Assembly: GCA_045538195.1 (NCBI GenBank)
Contig: JAZSRA010000107.1
Span: forward strand, 5,904-69,903
DNA length: 64,000 nucleotides
Direction: 5' to 3'
Source of the DNA: Eubacteriales bacterium
Lineage (GTDB): Bacteria > Bacillota > Clostridia > Oscillospirales > CAG-272
In this document: one piece after another, positions 1 through 8,938 of the stretch
How the letters are laid out: each line of letters starts with the position of its first letter
Numbering within the stretch: position 1 is the first letter of the stretch
Made by a program: the position numbers and the translations under genes
Notes under the pieces: generated by a model
What the model saw: only the letters and a program-made list of their open reading frames with translations
What the model was told of the DNA's origin: nothing
The model's database searches: none

Positions 1-1275
1 GCTCTGACCTTCGCGCACGGGACACTCGCGCAAAAATCTCTTTCTGTTTGCGCCCTTGAGCGTCTTACACCATGAAGCGGTGCAATCAGAGTCGTGTGAA
101 CCCGAATAGACGACACAGTTGTCGGTTTCGAACATTTTGGGCATATATTCACTGTCCTCGGCGTAAAACCCGAACTGCATGATCTTCATGCCTGGAAATC
201 CCGTTGTAGCCAAAAGCTCACGAACGTCATCGGTTATGAATCCGAGATCCTCGGCGATTATCTTTGACTTAGGCATAGCTCCTCTGATCGCTTCAAAAAG
301 AGCAAGACCTGGAGCTTGACACCATTCTCCTCTGCGAGCGTTTTTGTCGCCGTAAGGAATGGCATAGTAGCTTGCAAATCCTCTGAAATGGTCGATTCTG
401 AGAATATCATAAAGAGCGAAAGCCGAGCGGACACGCGCTATCCACCACTCAAAATGCTCTCTCTCCATTTTTCTCCAATCGTATATGGGATTGCCCCAAA
501 GCTGACCGTCCTCGCAATATGCGTCGGGAGGACATCCCGCAACTTCAAGGGGATTATAATCGTCGTCAAGTAAAAACTGCGCGGGGGCAGCCCAAACGTC
601 AACGCTATCGTGCGCGACGTAGATCGGAATGTCACCGATGATAGAAATTCCCTTTTTATGGGCGTAATCTTTGACCGCCTTCCACTGCTTGAAGAATTCG
701 AACTGTATCCACTTCCAGAAATCATTCTCGTCTTTATACTTATCAGCGTTCATTCGAGCCTGACGGGAATTTTTTTCACAATCATCCCATTCGGTCCATG
801 GTCTCCAACCGTTCTTGATCTTGAGCGCCATAAAAAGAGCATAATCGTCAATCCAATCGGTATTCTTGCGACAGAAGGACGAAAATTCCCCACCCTTTTT
901 ATATCTTGAATACGCCTTACGCAAAATATCGTATCTTACGTTGAAAAGCCAACCGTAATTAACTTTTTTTGCCTTACTTTTCGCACTCTTGAGTTCATCA
1001 GCAGTAAGCAGACCTTCCCCTGCCAGAAGATCAAGATCAACAAAATAAGGGTTACCCGCCGCGGAAGCGGGCGACTGATAAGGGCTATCGCCATAGGACG
1101 TGGGGTTCATAGGAAGAACCTGCCAACAGGTTTGATTGGTGTCGGCAAGAAAATCAACAAAATCAAATGCTCCTTTGCCAAACGATCCGATGCCATAGGC
1201 ACAGGGCAAAGAGCTTATGGGCATCAAAATGCCGCACTTATGCTTAAATCCAAAATTTTGGGTGTTGTTTTTCAA
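1..1275 (-). CDS. malQ: 4-alpha-glucanotransferase (amylomaltase, GH77); 3' end lies beyond the left window edge
   Basis: Own minus-strand translation (absent from the ORF track because there is no stop inside the window): ...GILMPISSLPCAYGIGSFG...IIGDIPIYVAHDSVDVW...LRIDHFRGF... TTG start at 1275 with GGAGAG (1283-1288) upstream. Alternative ATG at 1224. Confidence 0.85.
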   Translation of the reverse strand, partial: MKNNTQNFGFKHKCGILMPISSLPCAYGIGSFGKGAFDFVDFLADTNQTCWQVLPMNPTSYGDSPYQSPASAAGNPYFVDLDLLAGEGLLTADELKSAKSKAKKVNYGWLFNVRYDILRKAYSRYKKGGEFSSFCRKNTDWIDDYALFMALKIKNGWRPWTEWDDCEKNSRQARMNADKYKDENDFWKWIQFEFFKQWKAVKDYAHKKGISIIGDIPIYVAHDSVDVWAAPAQFLLDDDYNPLEVAGCPPDAYCEDGQLWGNPIYDWRKMEREHFEWWIARVRSAFALYDILRIDHFRGFASYYAIPYGDKNARRGEWCQAPGLALFEAIRGAMPKSKIIAEDLGFITDDVRELLATTGFPGMKIMQFGFYAEDSEYMPKMFETDNCVVYSGSHDSDCTASWCKTLKGANRKRFLRECPVREGQS

Positions 1276-1325
1276 AATATTACTCTCCGCAAATTGAAAT
1301 TGAATAATATAATAATTGCAATATC

Positions 1326-1354
1326 AGTATAACATCTTAAAATAATTTTGTCAA
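1326..1354 (-). promoter_or_regulatory. SigA-type promoter candidate for malQ
   Basis: Minus strand reads TTGACA (1354-1349), a 17-nt spacer, then TATACT (1331-1326). Confidence 0.45.
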
Positions 1355-1460
1355 GAAAAATAATGTTATGCTGTTATAACGAAACAAGGGCATTTTTGGT
1401 TAAGATTGTCGTTTTTATTAATGTTTTGTTTTGTTTTCTACAATTTGTTACAATATCCGA

Positions 1461-1501
1461 CAAAAAACAGATCGGCCGATGGCAAAAACCAACGACCGAT
1501 C
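1461..1501 (-). terminator. Intrinsic terminator after plsY
   Basis: Minus strand GATCGGTCGTTGG-TTTTT-GCCATCGGCCGATC hairpin followed by TGTTTTTTG, directly after the plsY stop. Confidence 0.55.
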
Positions 1502-1512
1502 AGGATATTTAA

Positions 1513-2169
1513 TTATTTCTTTTTGCTCTTCTTACCCTTGGATGAGTAAAGCTGGAATTTAGACTCTTTTCCGTTTGCGAGCCTTACAAAGTTTTCTTTA
1601 TGCCTCCACGCCATAAACAAAACCGAAGCGGCGCACAGGAGTATAGCAGGGACAGAAGCTCCGAAGAACCAGAGTGCAAAGGGACAAACAAGCATAGCAA
1701 CTGTCGTGGAAAGAGACATATATTCGGTAACCAACAAAAGCACCACCATTACGGCAGTAGCTATAAGTCCGACCTTCCAATCTACCGCCCACATAGCAGA
1801 GAGACAGACGAGAAATCCTTTTCCACCGCGAAATCCGTACCATACAGGATATGCGTGTCCTATCATAGAGAAGAGACAAGTAAAGGTCACTCCAAGATGC
1901 CATTCTCCCCAAAGGTTATTGAACACGATACCGAAAATCACCGCAGGCAGAGCGGATTTCAACAGGTCAAGTATCATGACAACTATAGCCCATTTCATAC
2001 CAAAGTTACGCTTAAAATTGGTAAATCCGGGATTTTTGCTGCCAAGAGTTCGGATATCCTTGCCATAAATAGCCTTTGAAAGGATTATGGCGGGGTTTAT
2101 ACCCGAAACAAGATATGCACTGACCGCAGCCAAAGCAAAGATGGCAACAGTTAAAAATTCAAATTTCAT
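1513..2169 (-). CDS. plsY: Glycerol-3-phosphate acyltransferase PlsY
   Basis: 218-aa polytopic protein with GSKNPGFTN and GHAYPVWYGFRGGKG motifs typical of PlsY. Confidence 0.9.
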   Translation of the reverse strand: MKFEFLTVAIFALAAVSAYLVSGINPAIILSKAIYGKDIRTLGSKNPGFTNFKRNFGMKWAIVVMILDLLKSALPAVIFGIVFNNLWGEWHLGVTFTCLFSMIGHAYPVWYGFRGGKGFLVCLSAMWAVDWKVGLIATAVMVVLLLVTEYMSLSTTVAMLVCPFALWFFGASVPAILLCAASVLFMAWRHKENFVRLANGKESKFQLYSSKGKKSKKK

Positions 2170-2181
2170 AGATCTAACCTT

Positions 2182-3909
2182 TTATTCAAGAATGATTATA
2201 TAGTCGTAAACGTCCTGACCGCCGTCTATAACGTAAACTTCCTTACCTCTGTAATTCGAGTTCACGTAGCTTTCGATCTCTGCGGCCTCATCGGCAGTAC
2301 CATCCTTGCCGGATACCACGATACATATATCATAGTCACGTATGCCCATATTGTCTACGGTGTCACACACGGTCTTAAGCCTGTCGGTACCGGAAGCTAA
2401 AAGCTTTTTACCTGCAAAACCGATATAATCACCTATCTTAAGCTCCATACCGTCCATATTTGCGTCTCGCACGCAACGGGAGATCTCTGCAGTAAGTACT
2501 CCCGACATAGCCTCGGTCAACTCGGCAACTATTGAGTCGGCATCGCCGGAGGGAGCGAGCATAGAAAGCGCCGCGTAGCCGTCACCGATGGTGTGGCTCT
2601 CAATAACGCGAATATCGGAGCTGGGATAAAGCTTTGCCGCCTGATGAGCGGTCAGAATTATATTTCCGTTGTTGGGGAAAACAAAGATCGTATCGGCGTT
2701 CACTCTGTCAAATGCTTCAAGGAAGGTCTCGGCGGATGGGTTCATGCTCTGACCGCCGTCAACCACTACGTCACATCCAAGGTCAAGGAAGGTCTGTTTA
2801 AGTCCTTCGCCCGACGCAACCGCGATCACACCGTATTTTTTGCGCTCGGCATTAGCCTCGGGTGCCTTTTCCATAACGGCAGATGTCTCCTCATCATTGT
2901 TGCTATTATGTTGGAGGGACATATTTTCGATCTTAACGGTCAAATACTCACCGTACTGCTGACAATATTCAAGCACCTTATAGGGTGTCATAGTATGAAC
3001 GTGTATCTTGATAACACTTCCGTTTTTCACCGCAACCACAGAGTCGCCGATGCTTTGGAGATAATCGCTTATAACCTTAACGTCAAAGCTGTCAATATCG
3101 GTCTTTGCTCTCATAAGTCTGAGCAAAAGCTCCGTGCAGTAGCCGAATTCAAGCACACTGTCGGGTCCAAACGCGTCAAGATCGAGCTTCTTTGCCTTTT
3201 CCGCGACAACAGTCGACACAAGCTCAACGGTCTCTCCGCAAACGGCGCGGATCATGCCGTCGATTATGTAAACAAGTCCTGCCGCGCCCGAGTCGACCAC
3301 GCCCGCCTTTTTAAGAACGGGAAGCAGATCGGGAGTGCGTTCCAGCGACCTCTTTGCTTCCTCGATAAACTCCATAAGGAACTCCTTAGGAGTTTCGGTG
3401 TCCTTGGAGCTTGCGTATTCGGTCGCCTCACGGATAACCGTAAGAATAGTACCCTCGGTAGGTTCCATTACCGCGTTATACGCTTGGGTCACACCTCCTT
3501 GAAACGCCTTTGCAAATGCTCTTGAATCGGCAGCTTCAAGACCCGAAAAGCTTCCTGCCATTCCCTCAAAGAACTGAGAAAGAATAACTCCGGAGTTTCC
3601 GCGAGCGGAAAGCAGCATACCGTCGGACGCCTTTCTTGCCGCCTCACCGATACTCTCGTCAGCACTCTCCTCGTCGGAAACGCCGCCCATAATGGTAGAG
3701 AGCATATTGTCACCGGTATCACCGTCGGGAATCGGAAAAACGTTAAGGTCGTTGATCTCCTGCGCGTGAGCCTTAAGGTTCGCCGCGCCGGCATTGATCA
3801 TCTCGGTATACATTTTTCCGTCAAGCACCGTATCGTCCTTTTCGGCAGTTTCGGCATAAACGTTGTCGTGCTTTGTCATATCTATCTTTTCGTCAAAATT
3901 CGTAGTCAT
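2182..3909 (-). CDS. DAK2-domain fusion protein, YloV family
   Basis: 575 aa with an N-terminal Dak2-like domain (DGDTGDNM, ARGNSGVILSQ) and a C-terminal DegV-like/YloV region. Adjacent to degV, as is usual in Firmicutes. Confidence 0.85.
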   Translation of the reverse strand: MTTNFDEKIDMTKHDNVYAETAEKDDTVLDGKMYTEMINAGAANLKAHAQEINDLNVFPIPDGDTGDNMLSTIMGGVSDEESADESIGEAARKASDGMLLSARGNSGVILSQFFEGMAGSFSGLEAADSRAFAKAFQGGVTQAYNAVMEPTEGTILTVIREATEYASSKDTETPKEFLMEFIEEAKRSLERTPDLLPVLKKAGVVDSGAAGLVYIIDGMIRAVCGETVELVSTVVAEKAKKLDLDAFGPDSVLEFGYCTELLLRLMRAKTDIDSFDVKVISDYLQSIGDSVVAVKNGSVIKIHVHTMTPYKVLEYCQQYGEYLTVKIENMSLQHNSNNDEETSAVMEKAPEANAERKKYGVIAVASGEGLKQTFLDLGCDVVVDGGQSMNPSAETFLEAFDRVNADTIFVFPNNGNIILTAHQAAKLYPSSDIRVIESHTIGDGYAALSMLAPSGDADSIVAELTEAMSGVLTAEISRCVRDANMDGMELKIGDYIGFAGKKLLASGTDRLKTVCDTVDNMGIRDYDICIVVSGKDGTADEAAEIESYVNSNYRGKEVYVIDGGQDVYDYIIILE

Positions 3910-4021
3910 TTATTTTCTCCTGAAAAATAAGTAAGTGTTTCGCAATGTCTCTCCATAACCTATGACGGACAGCGCGAATCCGCCTCCTCTCGGGAGGAAA
4001 TTCAAGTCGTAATTTATTTAA

Positions 4022-4915
4022 TCAGCTCTCGCTGACGAAGGTGACCTCTTTACCAAATGCCCAGAATCCGATAACGCTGGGACCAACCGACGCGCCGACG
4101 ATAGGACCGACGAGGCCTATGTAAACGTCCTTGCAGGGGATCTCGGCGCGAAGCATAGCCTCGACCTCCTTGACCTCCTCCATATCACAGTCAGAGTGCC
4201 AGAGATAGATCGTCTGGTTTTCGGGGTCGATAATATTTTCTTTAAGAAGATTTATGCACTCCTTAATTGCGGGAACTCTGCCCTTGACCTTCTTGATAGC
4301 CGCCTGATTACCAACAGCGTCGGCAATAAGGATAGGCTTAACTCCAAAGAGGTTGCCAAAGAATGCGCTGGAAGCGGAAACTCTGCCCGCTCTTCTGAGT
4401 GTATCAAGAGAATGAACGGTAAAGAATTCAAGAACGTTGTTTCTCATACCGTTGATCTTCTCAGCGATCTCATCTGCACCCATGCCATCAGCCGCCATCT
4501 TGGCAGCCTCCATAGCGAGCATGCCCTCTCCGATAGTAGCATTGAGAGAGTTAATGCAGTGTATCTTTGCGTCGGGATATTTTTCAAGCAGCTTTTGAGC
4601 AGTTACGTGACCTGTGTTTACAGAGCCCGACTGCTTCTGAGAGCAAGCGATATAAACGATATCCATACCCATATCAAGGTACTTGGTAAATACGTTAGAA
4701 AATTCCTCGACCGAAACCTGAGCGGTAGTAACACGCTTACCGTCTCTGATAAGATTGTAGAGTGCGTGCGCCTCCTCGTAGCTCCATGTCAGGAGCGCGG
4801 GGGTTTCAACGCCCTCGTAAATAGTAGACATTTTAACGTAATCAATGTCGTATTTTTCCAAAAGCTCGCCGGTAAGGTCAGCGCAGGAGTCGGTAATGAT
4901 CTTGACTTGTCTCAT
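4022..4915 (-). CDS. DegV family fatty-acid-binding protein
   Basis: 297 aa, begins MRQVKIITDSCADL... The length and N-terminal motif are typical of the DegV family. Confidence 0.9.
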   Translation of the reverse strand: MRQVKIITDSCADLTGELLEKYDIDYVKMSTIYEGVETPALLTWSYEEAHALYNLIRDGKRVTTAQVSVEEFSNVFTKYLDMGMDIVYIACSQKQSGSVNTGHVTAQKLLEKYPDAKIHCINSLNATIGEGMLAMEAAKMAADGMGADEIAEKINGMRNNVLEFFTVHSLDTLRRAGRVSASSAFFGNLFGVKPILIADAVGNQAAIKKVKGRVPAIKECINLLKENIIDPENQTIYLWHSDCDMEEVKEVEAMLRAEIPCKDVYIGLVGPIVGASVGPSVIGFWAFGKEVTFVSES

Positions 4916-5167
4916 AAATCTCGCCTTTCTTAAATCAAATTAATTGGGATCAATAAATCCACACACTTCACGCCTAGTATATCAAATAATTGTAAACTGA
5001 ACTTTAATTTTTTCTCCAAAATTGCGTTCAAAGCGATTTTTTGTGACTTTAGTCAACATTTTTTGAACTGATTGGGATCGTTATCCACACGATCTTTTTA
5101 AATTTTATGTCCATGCCTTATTATTAATGCTTACATATAGCGAATTTGGCTACATTCCAACACAGAA

Positions 5168-5205
5168 AGAACGTCCTCCATCCAAATTTGGATAGAGGAC
5201 GCTCT
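5168..5205 (-). terminator. Long hairpin terminator downstream of the opp/DUF3899 operon
   Basis: Near-perfect 19-bp palindrome AGAACGTCCTCCATCCAAA/TTTGGATAGAGGACGCTCT, 15 nt after the stop at 5220. Confidence 0.5.
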
Positions 5206-5219
5206 GTTATTATAACTTT

Positions 5220-5612
5220 TTAGCTGTATTGATAATAGAGAAAAAGCATAACGAAAGATACTGTCAAAAAGAATACTCCGCAGATCAGCAAAAAGCCAAA
5301 TCCGGTCTTTTTATCGGCTCTGCTTTCCTTGTAATCGTAAAAGGTTTCATATTTTTTGTTGCTCTTTTTCCTAAACATATCGGCAAAAGAGGACAGTCCG
5401 TACGCAATCAGGTCAAACGCGCCTTCGTTGCTTGTGAAAACGATCAAACCCGCGCCCGTAATAAAGACTCCTACGGCAAAGAAAGCATCTGTCAAGATGT
5501 GGAAGATGGCGGACAATTCGGTTTGAGAGAATATATCTCTCAGCCAAATTATCAAGCCAACTCCTATAAATCCGATAAGAAGGGCGATCAAATACTTTTT
5601 AATAGCTTTCAT
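5220..5612 (-). CDS. Small 4-TM membrane protein (DUF3899-like)
   Basis: 130 aa with hydrophobic segments flanking a basic loop (MFRKKSNKKYETFYDYKESRADKK). 4-nt overlap with oppF. Confidence 0.5.
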   Translation of the reverse strand: MKAIKKYLIALLIGFIGVGLIIWLRDIFSQTELSAIFHILTDAFFAVGVFITGAGLIVFTSNEGAFDLIAYGLSSFADMFRKKSNKKYETFYDYKESRADKKTGFGFLLICGVFFLTVSFVMLFLYYQYS

Positions 5613-6694
5613 TTTGTTGTTTCTTCATATTCCTTACGGTATTTTTCGTATTCCTCAGTGTTGCAAAGAACGAAATGTCCGGGATATACCTCTCTCATAG
5701 TGGGTCCTTCCTGAGAATAGTCGTGATCCAAGACAGGATTATAAATTATTCTCTGTCTGTTCTTCTCGGTGACAGGGTCAGGAAGCGGGATCGCAGACAG
5801 CAAGGATCTCGTATAAGGATGGAAGGGGTGAGCGAACAACTCGTCACTGGTTCCAAGCTCAACTATCTTACCAAAATACATGACCGCAATTCTGTTTGAG
5901 AAGTACTTTACGACCGCAAGGTCGTGAGCGATGAACAGGATCGTCAGACCCATCTTCTCACTAAGCTCGTTAAGAAGATTGATGACCTGCGCCTGGATAG
6001 ATACGTCCAGAGCGGAGATAGGCTCGTCGGCAATTATCAGCTCGGGGTTCATAATGACCGCGCGAGCGATACCGATACGCTGCTTCTGACCGCCCGAGAA
6101 CTCGTGAGGATAACGGGTCGCGTGTTCGCGAACCAGACCTACGGTCTCAAGTATCTTATAAACCTGCTCGTCGATGTATTTTTTATCCTTGATACCACGG
6201 ATGATAAGTCCCTCCGCAATAATATCACGAACGGTCATACGGGGGTCAAGAGACGAGTCGGGATCCTGGAATATCATCTGGATCTCGCTTGTCAGCTGAT
6301 TTTTGCCCTTTGTACGGGACCATTTTTTATGATCCTCGATCGCCGCCTTGATCTCTGCGCGATTTTCAGCAACTATCTTGTCAAGCTCTTCCTTGGAGAT
6401 CTTATTCTCCTTAAAAGCCTTGCGCGCGGCGGAGATAGCATCCTTATAGGTACGTGTACCTGCACAGATGCGCTCGCCCTTGTAGTATACCGAACCGCCT
6501 GTGATGTCGTAAAGTCTGATGATCGAACGACCTGTTGTGGTCTTTCCGCATCCCGACTCACCAACGAGACCGAAAACCTCGCCCTTATAAACGTCAAAGC
6601 TTACGTTATCTACCGCCTTAAGCTCGCGTCTACCAAGCTTAAAGTACTGTTGGAGATTTTTAACACTTAATAATACTTCTTTATTATTTTCCAT
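5609..6694 (-). CDS. oppF: Oligopeptide ABC transporter ATP-binding protein OppF (with ~60-aa insertion)
   Basis: Walker A GESGCGKTT, QMIFQDP, signature FSGGQKQRIGIARA, Walker B LIIADEPISALD and an Opp C-terminal HPYT motif. Confidence 0.9.
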   Translation of the reverse strand: MENNKEVLLSVKNLQQYFKLGRRELKAVDNVSFDVYKGEVFGLVGESGCGKTTTGRSIIRLYDITGGSVYYKGERICAGTRTYKDAISAARKAFKENKISKEELDKIVAENRAEIKAAIEDHKKWSRTKGKNQLTSEIQMIFQDPDSSLDPRMTVRDIIAEGLIIRGIKDKKYIDEQVYKILETVGLVREHATRYPHEFSGGQKQRIGIARAVIMNPELIIADEPISALDVSIQAQVINLLNELSEKMGLTILFIAHDLAVVKYFSNRIAVMYFGKIVELGTSDELFAHPFHPYTRSLLSAIPLPDPVTEKNRQRIIYNPVLDHDYSQEGPTMREVYPGHFVLCNTEEYEKYRKEYEETTK

Positions 6695-6695
6695 A

Positions 6696-8843
6696 TTATT
6701 CTCTCTCCTTCTTCATTCGTTCGATACGTTCTCTGATTATTCTGGGCATTTCGACCTCGGGAGCATTCGGGTGAAGCAACCAGGTTGCCGCAGAATGGGT
6801 GGGAGTGATCTCAAAGAGAGGAGGCTCAAGCTCAAAGTCAATATCAAGCGCATACTTGTTTCTCGCAGCGAATGCGTCTCCCTTGGGTGGGAAGTGCAGA
6901 TCGGGGGGAGTGCCGGGGATAGAATCCATCTTGCCTGACGTGTGAAGGTCGGGCATAGAGGAAAGGAGCGCCCAGGTGTAAGGATGAGCAGGAGCGTAGA
7001 ATATCTCCTCCGACTGACCGTACTCAACGATCTTGCCTGCGTACATAACGGCAATTCTGTCCGCCATGTTAGCAACGACACCCATGTTGTGCGTAATGAA
7101 TATTACAGAAAGCTTTCTCTTGTTCTTGATATCGTTGATAAGCTCAAGGATCTGAGCCTGAATAGTAACGTCAAGCGCCGTAGTAGGCTCGTCACAGATA
7201 AGAATATCGGGGTCAGCGGCAAGCGCGATAGCGATAACGACTCTCTGTCTCATACCGCCCGAAAGCTCGAAGGGATACTGACTGAATCTGGCAGCAGGCT
7301 CAGGGATACCAACCTCCTCAAGAAGCTTGATAGCCTTCGCTTTTGCGATTTTCTTGTTCATCTTAACGACGAATCGAGAAGCCTGATCTTTAAGATAGTC
7401 GATTATCTGAACGACCTCGCCGTTTGCGTCGAAATACTGATCGTTTGCGATCTCATTGGTGTAATGGTTATAAAGATCCTCTATGACCTTGCATATATTT
7501 GCGATCTTCAGATCAATATCGACAACTACCTGAGGGGTCAATACCCATTCGGGCTGACGTCCCTTTGCAACTATCGCATCGTATTTTGCCTTGTTTTTCA
7601 GATAGATCTTCTCTTGAATGGGATTATTCCTAATACCGTAGAAGTACTCTCTGATAGCATTTTCCAGCGCGGAGCTGAATACATGCTCTACGCTTTCCTT
7701 TCTGATCTTGAGGCGGTCAATAGCTCCCGCAACCTTTACAGAAAGGTTCTTGAGATATTTGTTTGCCACGCCCTCGTCGATCTTGCCTGCCTTAAAGTAG
7801 TCAAGAGCTTCACGAAGATCGGGGAGACAAGCCTTTTTATTCTCAATAGAGATCTTATGAGAATAATCGGATCCCTTTTCAGCTGTAGCGATGAAATCAA
7901 GCATAAAGTCTTCGTCGAGGAACTCGCGGGTCAGCTTGTTCATCTCGGAGACCGACATACTTGTGAGATCTGCGGTGGGGTTAGTCATAACGTAATAGCT
8001 CATGGTAAAGAAGTTGGGCTTTTCCTTGTTAAGAGCTTCCTTGACAAAAGCACTGATCTCCTCTGTAAGAGCAAGAGTCTTTTCAAGATCAATATTTTTG
8101 CCCTCGGAAATAAGAGCCGTCATTCTTGCCTCATACTCTTCCGCAAAAGAGTTCTTAACTATAACGTAAGGATTGTAGCATTGAACAAACAGCTTGCGCA
8201 TGCCCTTCAAGGTCGACACAACGTCAAACTTTTTCTGCTTTTGGAGCATAAGGAGCGCGTTGTCAACGTCCATTTCGAGCTGAACGGCGCTTCCGTACGC
8301 CTCGTTGAAATCATGCTCGATCTTGGTAGCCTCAATACAGAAGGAGTCAAACTTTTTGAGCTTTTCAGCAACCTCTGCATTTTTGTTTAAGCCCATAGCG
8401 GCGTTTGCCGCCATTATATTGTGGCCCAGCAATTTGAGCCTTGAATTGAACGCGTTTCTAGCGTTTTTCTTTCCCGTCTTAGCCTTGAGTATCATCGCCT
8501 CGGTCATTTGCTCGCCGACACGCATGATAGGGTTAAGGCTGGACAAGGTATTTTGGAAGACCATTGCCACCTTGTCTCCGCGGAGCTTGTGGAAGTCTTC
8601 CTCAGAAATTTTCAGTAAATCTTGTCCGTCATATAATATCTCGCCGCCCTCGACGATAGAGTTTCCTGCCAGAATACCCATAATAGCCTTACTGGTTACG
8701 GATTTTCCAGAGCCGGATTCTCCAACTATCGCCAAAGTTTCTCCCTCGTAAAGATCAAAGGAGATGTTACGAACGGCTTTTAAAATTCCACCTTGAGTAC
8801 GGAATGATATTTGCAGATTCTTTACTTCTAATTTCTTATCCAT
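6696..8843 (-). CDS. oppD: Oligopeptide ABC transporter ATP-binding protein OppD with ~390-aa helical insertion
   Basis: Walker A GESGSGKS, Q-loop MVFQN, then signature LSGGMRQR and Walker B ILICDEPTTALD about 400 aa later, and HPYT. ATG at 8843 preferred over the track's GTG at 8876. Confidence 0.85.
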   Translation of the reverse strand: MDKKLEVKNLQISFRTQGGILKAVRNISFDLYEGETLAIVGESGSGKSVTSKAIMGILAGNSIVEGGEILYDGQDLLKISEEDFHKLRGDKVAMVFQNTLSSLNPIMRVGEQMTEAMILKAKTGKKNARNAFNSRLKLLGHNIMAANAAMGLNKNAEVAEKLKKFDSFCIEATKIEHDFNEAYGSAVQLEMDVDNALLMLQKQKKFDVVSTLKGMRKLFVQCYNPYVIVKNSFAEEYEARMTALISEGKNIDLEKTLALTEEISAFVKEALNKEKPNFFTMSYYVMTNPTADLTSMSVSEMNKLTREFLDEDFMLDFIATAEKGSDYSHKISIENKKACLPDLREALDYFKAGKIDEGVANKYLKNLSVKVAGAIDRLKIRKESVEHVFSSALENAIREYFYGIRNNPIQEKIYLKNKAKYDAIVAKGRQPEWVLTPQVVVDIDLKIANICKVIEDLYNHYTNEIANDQYFDANGEVVQIIDYLKDQASRFVVKMNKKIAKAKAIKLLEEVGIPEPAARFSQYPFELSGGMRQRVVIAIALAADPDILICDEPTTALDVTIQAQILELINDIKNKRKLSVIFITHNMGVVANMADRIAVMYAGKIVEYGQSEEIFYAPAHPYTWALLSSMPDLHTSGKMDSIPGTPPDLHFPPKGDAFAARNKYALDIDFELEPPLFEITPTHSAATWLLHPNAPEVEMPRIIRERIERMKKERE

Positions 8844-8938
8844 AAATAGACCATTCCTTTCTGCCGAATATGACACGGGACAATTCCCTGCCGCATCGGC
8901 TCAATCTTATTTGTAATAGAAATATTTTGGTAAATTCC

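Noticed and set aside
4943-5089. Chromosomal replication origin, because of the DnaA box.
   Set aside because: There is only one perfect box and one degenerate box. No AT-rich unwinding element with box clusters is present, and no dnaA, dnaN or rpmH lies nearby.
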